Below, one piece after another: positions 59,127 to 64,000 of a stretch of 64,000 nt of DNA. Position 1 is the first letter of the stretch. Each line of letters opens with the position of its first letter. The DNA comes from Bacteroidales bacterium (GTDB lineage: Bacteria; Bacteroidota; Bacteroidia; Bacteroidales; UBA932): the NCBI GenBank assembly GCA_016290385.1, contig JAEETO010000001.1, positions 18,956 to 82,955 of the forward strand, read 5' to 3'. The position numbers were made by a program, and so were the translations under genes. The notes under the pieces are model-generated. The model was not told where the DNA came from. It saw nothing but the letters and a program-made list of their open reading frames with translations, and ran no database searches.

Positions 59127-61837
59127 TAACAGACGATATTGATGATTTTGCCCGGGACGACGATGACCTTGCGGATCGCAGCACCCTGCAGGTATTTTTC
59201 GGTTTCGGCGGCTGCCCGCACGGCGGCTTCCACTTCCTCGCGGCCCATGCTCTTGGGCAGTTCGAGCAGGAAACGCATCTTGCCGTTGAACTGGACCGGA
59301 TACTTCACATTGTCTTCCACCGTGTAGGCGGCTACATATTCGGGGAAACGGGCGAAGCTGATGCTTTCTTCGTGCCCGAGCATGTTCCAGAGTTCCTCGC
59401 AGATATGCGGGGCGAAGGGGCTGAGCACGATCAGCAGCGGTTCGAGGATCTCCCGCTTGTTGCAATGGAGGTCGGCCAGGTCGCCGACGGCGATCATGAA
59501 GGCGCTCACCGTAGTATTGAACGAGAAGTGTTCGATGTCGTCCTGGGCCTTGCCGATCAGCTTGTGCAGCACCTTGAGCTCGGCCGGTGTGGCTTTCTCT
59601 TCGCTCACGCTGAAATCGTCGCGGTCAAAGAAGAGCTTCCAGAAACGGCGCAGGAAACGGTGGACGCCGTCGATGCCCTTGGTGTCCCAGGGCTTGCTCT
59701 GCTCAAGCGGGCCGAGGAACATTTCGTACATGCGGAGGGTGTCGGCGCCATAACGCTCGCACACCAGGTCGGGGTTGACCACATTGAACATCGACTTGCT
59801 CATTTTCTCGACGGCACTGCCGCAGATGTACTGTCCGTCCTCGAGGATGAACTCGGCCGTGGCGAAATCGGGCATCCACCGGCGGAAGGCCTCGGTATCG
59901 AGCCGGTCGCCGGAGACGATGTTGACGTCCACATGGATCTCAGTGGTGTCGTACTGGTCCTTGAGGCCATAGGACACGAACTTGTTGGTATTCTTGATCC
60001 GGTACACGAACTTGCTCTGTCCCTGGATCATGCCCTGGTTGATGAGCTTCTTGAACGGTTCGGACTCGCAAACGTAGCCCAGGTCATAGAGGAACTTGTT
60101 CCAGAAACGGGAGTAGATGAGGTGACCGGTGGCGTGCTCGGTACCGCCGATGTAGAGGTCCACGTCGCGCCAGTACTCATCGTCTTCCCTGCTTACCAGC
60201 GCCTCGTCGTTGTGCGGATCCATGTAGCGGAGGTAGTACGCGCTGCTGCCGGCGAAACCGGGCATGGTGCTGGTCTCGATGGGATAGCCCTTGTAGGTCC
60301 AGTCCTTGGCACGTGCCAGGGGCGGTTCGCCGGTCTCCGTGGGAAGGAACTTGTCGACTTCGGGAAGTTCCAGCGGCAGGCATTCGTACGGCATGGCGCA
60401 GGGAATGCCGTCCTTGTAATAGATCGGGAACGGCTCGCCCCAATAGCGCTGGCGCGAGAAGATGGCGTCACGCAGGCGGTAATTGACCTTGCGGCGGCCC
60501 AGGCCGTGCGTTTCGATATAGTCGATGGCGGCGGGGATGGCTTCCTTGACGGTCATGCCATTGAGGAAACCGGAATTGCACATGATGCCCGCCTTGGCGT
60601 CAAAGCTGCTTTCGGAAACATCGCTTCCTTCGATGACGGGCACGATGGGCAGGTTGAACGTCCTGGCGAAAACATAGTCACGACTGTCGTGCGCCGGAAC
60701 GGCCATGATGGCGCCGGTGCCATAGCCGGCCAACACGTATTCGGAGATCCAAACAGGAACCTTTTCACCTGACACGGGATTAACTGCATAAGAGCCCGTA
60801 AACACGCCGGTCGCCTTGTGGGTCTCGGCGATGCGCTCGCGTTCCGTCTTTTTCTTGGCCTGCTGCAGGTAGGCCTCAACGGCCTCTTTCTGCTCCGGCG
60901 TGGTCAGCTTCTCAACCCACTCGCTCTCGGGCGCCAGCACCATGAAGGTAACGCCGAAGATCGTGTCGGCACGGGTTGTAAAGATGGTCATCTCGTACTC
61001 TTTCGTTCCGTTGAACACATGGAACAGCATCTCGGCGCCCTGGCTCTTGCCGATCCAGTTGCGCTGCATCTCCTTGAGGGAGTCGGTCCAGTCGAGCTGC
61101 TCGAGGTCGTTCAGCAGGCGTTCTGCATAGGCGCTCACGCGGAGCTGCCACTGCTTCATCTTTTTCTGCTCGACGGGGAATCCGCCGCGCACCGAGTAAC
61201 CTTCCTTCACCTCGTCGTTGGCCAGCACGGTACCCAGGGCCGGGCACCAGTTCACCGCGGTTTCGCCCAGATAGGCGATGCGGTACTGCATCAGCAGGTC
61301 GGACTGCTCTTTTTCGGTCAGGCCGTCCCATCGCCCTTCCTGCCTGAGCTGCGCAATCAGGGTATCGAGGGGCTCCGCCTTGTCGGTGGCAGGATTGTAC
61401 CAGTGGTTGAACATTTCCAGGAACGCCCACTGCGTCCATTTATAATAGGAAGGGTCGCAGGTGCGGACTTCGCGCGACCAGTCATAGGAGAAACCGATGC
61501 GGTCCATTTGCTGCCGGTAGCGGGCGATGTTCTTTTCGGTGGTCTCGGCCGGATGCTGCCCGGTCTGGATGGCGTATTGCTCGGCGGGGAGGCCAAATGC
61601 ATCGAACCCCATCGGATGCAGCACGTTGAAGCCTTTCAGGCGTTTGTAGCGGCTGTAGATGTCGCTGGCGATGTATCCCAGTGGATGGCCCACGTGCAGG
61701 CCGGCGCCCGAAGGATACGGAAACATGTCCAATACGTAGTATTTGGGGCGGGAGGGATCGGTCTGGACCTCGAAAGTATGATGCTTAGCCCAATAGGCCT
61801 GCCAGCGCTTCTCAATGTCGACGAAGTTGTATTCCAT
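59126..61837 (-). CDS. leuS: Leucyl-tRNA synthetase
   Basis: [16 protein letters not shown] (HIGH) and KMSKS motifs, 903 aa. Confidence 0.95.
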   Translation of the reverse strand: MEYNFVDIEKRWQAYWAKHHTFEVQTDPSRPKYYVLDMFPYPSGAGLHVGHPLGYIASDIYSRYKRLKGFNVLHPMGFDAFGLPAEQYAIQTGQHPAETTEKNIARYRQQMDRIGFSYDWSREVRTCDPSYYKWTQWAFLEMFNHWYNPATDKAEPLDTLIAQLRQEGRWDGLTEKEQSDLLMQYRIAYLGETAVNWCPALGTVLANDEVKEGYSVRGGFPVEQKKMKQWQLRVSAYAERLLNDLEQLDWTDSLKEMQRNWIGKSQGAEMLFHVFNGTKEYEMTIFTTRADTIFGVTFMVLAPESEWVEKLTTPEQKEAVEAYLQQAKKKTERERIAETHKATGVFTGSYAVNPVSGEKVPVWISEYVLAGYGTGAIMAVPAHDSRDYVFARTFNLPIVPVIEGSDVSESSFDAKAGIMCNSGFLNGMTVKEAIPAAIDYIETHGLGRRKVNYRLRDAIFSRQRYWGEPFPIYYKDGIPCAMPYECLPLELPEVDKFLPTETGEPPLARAKDWTYKGYPIETSTMPGFAGSSAYYLRYMDPHNDEALVSREDDEYWRDVDLYIGGTEHATGHLIYSRFWNKFLYDLGYVCESEPFKKLINQGMIQGQSKFVYRIKNTNKFVSYGLKDQYDTTEIHVDVNIVSGDRLDTEAFRRWMPDFATAEFILEDGQYICGSAVEKMSKSMFNVVNPDLVCERYGADTLRMYEMFLGPLEQSKPWDTKGIDGVHRFLRRFWKLFFDRDDFSVSEEKATPAELKVLHKLIGKAQDDIEHFSFNTTVSAFMIAVGDLADLHCNKREILEPLLIVLSPFAPHICEELWNMLGHEESISFARFPEYVAAYTVEDNVKYPVQFNGKMRFLLELPKSMGREEVEAAVRAAAETEKYLQGAAIRKVIVVPGKIINIVC

Positions 61838-61874
61838 GAAAATGATGTTTTTACGCCTGATTTGAAATCTGGCG

Positions 61875-61882
61875 CAAAGATA
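61875..61882 (-). promoter_or_regulatory. -7 promoter box (TATCTTTG) for leuS
   Basis: The plus strand reads CAAAGATA. 37 nt upstream of ATG 61837. Confidence 0.45.
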
Positions 61883-61885
61883 GTG

Positions 61886-63202
61886 TTATTTTTTCAAACC
61901 TATGTCCCACTTTGACGACAAGCGGAATTCCACCGGAAGGACCATTCTTGTACGAACCTTTTCTCCGCGTATCTGGCCAGGTATCCATTTCGGGGAAATG
62001 GATATGACGCGGACAGCCTCGTCGTCGAGCAGTTCATCGATGCCGCTTTCCACCTCGACGTTCGTGACGGAGCCGTCTTTCTCGATGATGAAGCTCACCA
62101 GTACCTGGCCCTGCAGCTTCCGTTCGATGGCGGTCGCCGGATATTTGAGGTACTTGTAGACCCAGCTCTGCAGGAAATGGCGTTCGTTGGAATGGAAAAA
62201 TTGCGGGCGCACGTCGCAATCGGAGACGGCATGGACGCGCTCGCTCCGGGCCGCCCGTTTCCCGGAATCGGCGTCCGCGGGGGACAGCTCGTCGATGTCG
62301 GCCGCCACCAGCAGGAAATGGTAGAGATAGTTGCAGTTGCTTTCCATGGACGACCAGTCGATCAGGCGCGGAGTGTCCTTGATGGTCCTATGTTCCCGTG
62401 CCGTGCCCGTCGAGAACCAGAATACGGGAATCTGACGCTCATAGAAAGGCAGGTAGTCTGAAGCGGGCAGGATGCCTCTGGCGACCTCGGGCAGATGGAC
62501 GACGGGCTGTTCAGCCGTCTTGTTGAGCAGGTACTGGAAATCACTGCTGCCAAGCTGGGAAAAGACGGTCAGCGGATGGTCGAGGCCGCCGCGGCCCAGG
62601 CAGTCCAGATCGATCATCGCCTTGACGCTGCCGATCTGCTCGAAGGCACGGTTGACGAAATACCAGGCACCGGCCGTGCCCTGCTCCCCGGCACCGAAGC
62701 CCACAAAAATGACGGAACGGCGGAAAAGGCCCTGATAGTCCGCTACCAGACGGGCCAGCTCGATGAGCATCGCCACGCCGGAAGCGTTCCGGTCGGCGCC
62801 GGGATAAAGCTGGACCACCGGTTCACCGTCCACGGTCAGAAGATTGGTACCCATGTGGTCGTAGTTCGCGCCGACAACGATGTATTCGTCGCGGAGCAGC
62901 GGGTCGGATCCCTGCACGATGCCCACGATGTTCTGCGAGTGGATGTCCCCTTCGGGCAGCTTGATGGTGAAATCCTGGCCCAGGGAATCGGTGAGCATCA
63001 GCACGCCGGCCTCCTGCAACGCCTGGTACAAGTATGCGGCCGCGGCCCGTTCTCCCTCGCTGCCGGCCAGGCGGCCTTCGAGTTCCTCGTCGCAGAGCGC
63101 TTCCACGTGCCGCTGCAACGCGGGGGCAACAGCAAAATTCTGTGCGGCAAGACTTGCCGCACAGAATTCAAGCAGGAGGAGTATGATCAGTCTTTTCTTC
63201 AA
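61886..63202 (-). CDS. M28-family peptidase fused to a C-terminal TonB_C-like domain
   Basis: Signal peptide KKRLIILLLLEFCAASLAAQ. M28-like core (GANYDHMG..., ADRNASG). C-terminal YPATAIERKLQGQVLVSFIIEKDGSVTNVEV... (TonB C-terminal fold pattern). The only possible start is TTG 63202. Confidence 0.65.
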   Translation of the reverse strand: MKKRLIILLLLEFCAASLAAQNFAVAPALQRHVEALCDEELEGRLAGSEGERAAAAYLYQALQEAGVLMLTDSLGQDFTIKLPEGDIHSQNIVGIVQGSDPLLRDEYIVVGANYDHMGTNLLTVDGEPVVQLYPGADRNASGVAMLIELARLVADYQGLFRRSVIFVGFGAGEQGTAGAWYFVNRAFEQIGSVKAMIDLDCLGRGGLDHPLTVFSQLGSSDFQYLLNKTAEQPVVHLPEVARGILPASDYLPFYERQIPVFWFSTGTAREHRTIKDTPRLIDWSSMESNCNYLYHFLLVAADIDELSPADADSGKRAARSERVHAVSDCDVRPQFFHSNERHFLQSWVYKYLKYPATAIERKLQGQVLVSFIIEKDGSVTNVEVESGIDELLDDEAVRVISISPKWIPGQIRGEKVRTRMVLPVEFRLSSKWDIGLKK

Positions 63203-64000
63203 TTACTTCTTGTAGAACGGCATCTTCACCACGACGGCCTTCAGCAGCTTGCCACGGATCTCGACGTAGATTTCGGAGCCGATCTTGTTGAACGGAACAT
63301 CTACATAACCCATGCCAATCGCTTTCTTCACCGTCGGGCCCATCGTGCCGGAAGTCACGAAGCCGATCGGGTTGCCCTGATCGTCGCAGAGCCGCATCTC
63401 GTGACGGGCGATGCCACGGTCGACCATTTCAAAGCCCACGAGCTTGCGCGTCAGGCCCTCGGCCTTCTGCTTGAGCAGATATTCCTTGTCGATGAAGTCG
63501 CCCTTCACGTCGTTGAACTTGGTAATCCAGCCCAGGCCGGCCTCCAGCGGAGAGGTGTTGTCGTTGATGTCGTTGCCATAGAGGCAGAAACCCATCTCGA
63601 GGCGCAGGGTGTCGCGGGCGCCCAGGCCGATCGGCTGGATGCCCTCCGGCGCGCCGGCTTCGAAGACGGCGTTCCAGAGGCGGTCGCCGTATTGATTGGG
63701 CACGTAGACTTCACATCCGCCGCTGCCGGTGTAACCGGTGGTGGAGAGGATGGCGTCGGGGATGCCGGCCACTTCCAGTTCCTTGAACGTATAGTATTCC
63801 ATGGACAGGATGTCTTCCTTGCAGAGTTTCTGCATGACTTCCATAGCCTTGGGGCCCTGGATGGCGAGCTGGCAGGTCTGGTCGGAGGCGTTTACCAGGT
63901 CCTTTCCGATTTCAAGGCCGAATTTCGGCGCGACGGAGCACAGGTGGTTCCAGTCTTTCTCGATGTTGGCTGCGTTGACGGCCAGGAGGTATTTCTCCGT
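63203..64000 (-). CDS. gcvT: Glycine cleavage system aminomethyltransferase, C-terminal part; gene continues beyond the window
   Basis: Hand translation shows the frame stays open to nt 64000 (...LLAVNAANIEKDWNHL...QLAIQGPKAMEVMQ...). TGYTGSGGCEVY and GLGARDTLRLE motifs. Confidence 0.9.
   Translation of the reverse strand, partial: TEKYLLAVNAANIEKDWNHLCSVAPKFGLEIGKDLVNASDQTCQLAIQGPKAMEVMQKLCKEDILSMEYYTFKELEVAGIPDAILSTTGYTGSGGCEVYVPNQYGDRLWNAVFEAGAPEGIQPIGLGARDTLRLEMGFCLYGNDINDNTSPLEAGLGWITKFNDVKGDFIDKEYLLKQKAEGLTRKLVGFEMVDRGIARHEMRLCDDQGNPIGFVTSGTMGPTVKKAIGMGYVDVPFNKIGSEIYVEIRGKLLKAVVVKMPFYKK

Noticed and set aside
1-64000. CRISPR arrays, tRNA and rRNA genes
   Set aside because: I scanned intergenic regions and repeats by eye. 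The only repeats are the three palindromic families described above, and none has regular spacer periodicity. No T-loop (GGTTCGAATCC-like) or rRNA-like stretches were seen.

Overview
High-GC chromosome segment of Bacteroidota type. Hand-counted 60-nt sample lines in ordinary genes are about 60-68% G+C. The phylum call rests on many TAnnTTTG -7 promoter boxes, a BACON lipoprotein, GH3-family genes and glycine-lipid genes. An Alistipes/Rikenellaceae-like host is only my guess. I see about 70 protein-coding genes and no rRNA, tRNA or CRISPR array.

Most genes are housekeeping: folP, tmk, rplY, pth, alr, holA, cca, plsX, folE, trkA, aspA, leuS, gcvT, mqnB/mqnD, manA, a sialidase and several peptidases. 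The ORF track prints M for TTG/GTG starts, so I re-set many starts to the ATG that fits the signal peptide, the promoter box or the neighbouring stop codon.

Things worth a second look:
1. A Ser/Thr-kinase-AAA+ fusion gene that directly follows an unrecognisable 141-aa ORF (39.7-42.0 kb).
2. A RAYT-type HUH transposase boxed in by REP-like nested palindromes and a 39-bp inverted repeat that supplies the 3' end of the neighbouring lipoprotein gene (7.67-8.93 kb).
3. Two further palindromic repeat families: a 140-146-nt MITE-like element flanking manA-CPBP, and a 26-29-nt GC hairpin bracketing an ACP gene and holA.
4. An AT-rich island (0.65-3.15 kb) carrying a probably split TPR-TM-HTH regulator.
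5. A long lipid-related stretch (30-48 kb) holding an MMPL exporter, FakA/FakB-like genes, a GNAT-like gene, plsX, an ACP, a thioesterase, GH3-LysE-GH3 and GlsA/GlsB-like genes.
6. An OmpA-family protein with a duplicated zinc-ribbon and an AT-richer central domain.

All family calls come from motif recognition by eye. No database search was run.
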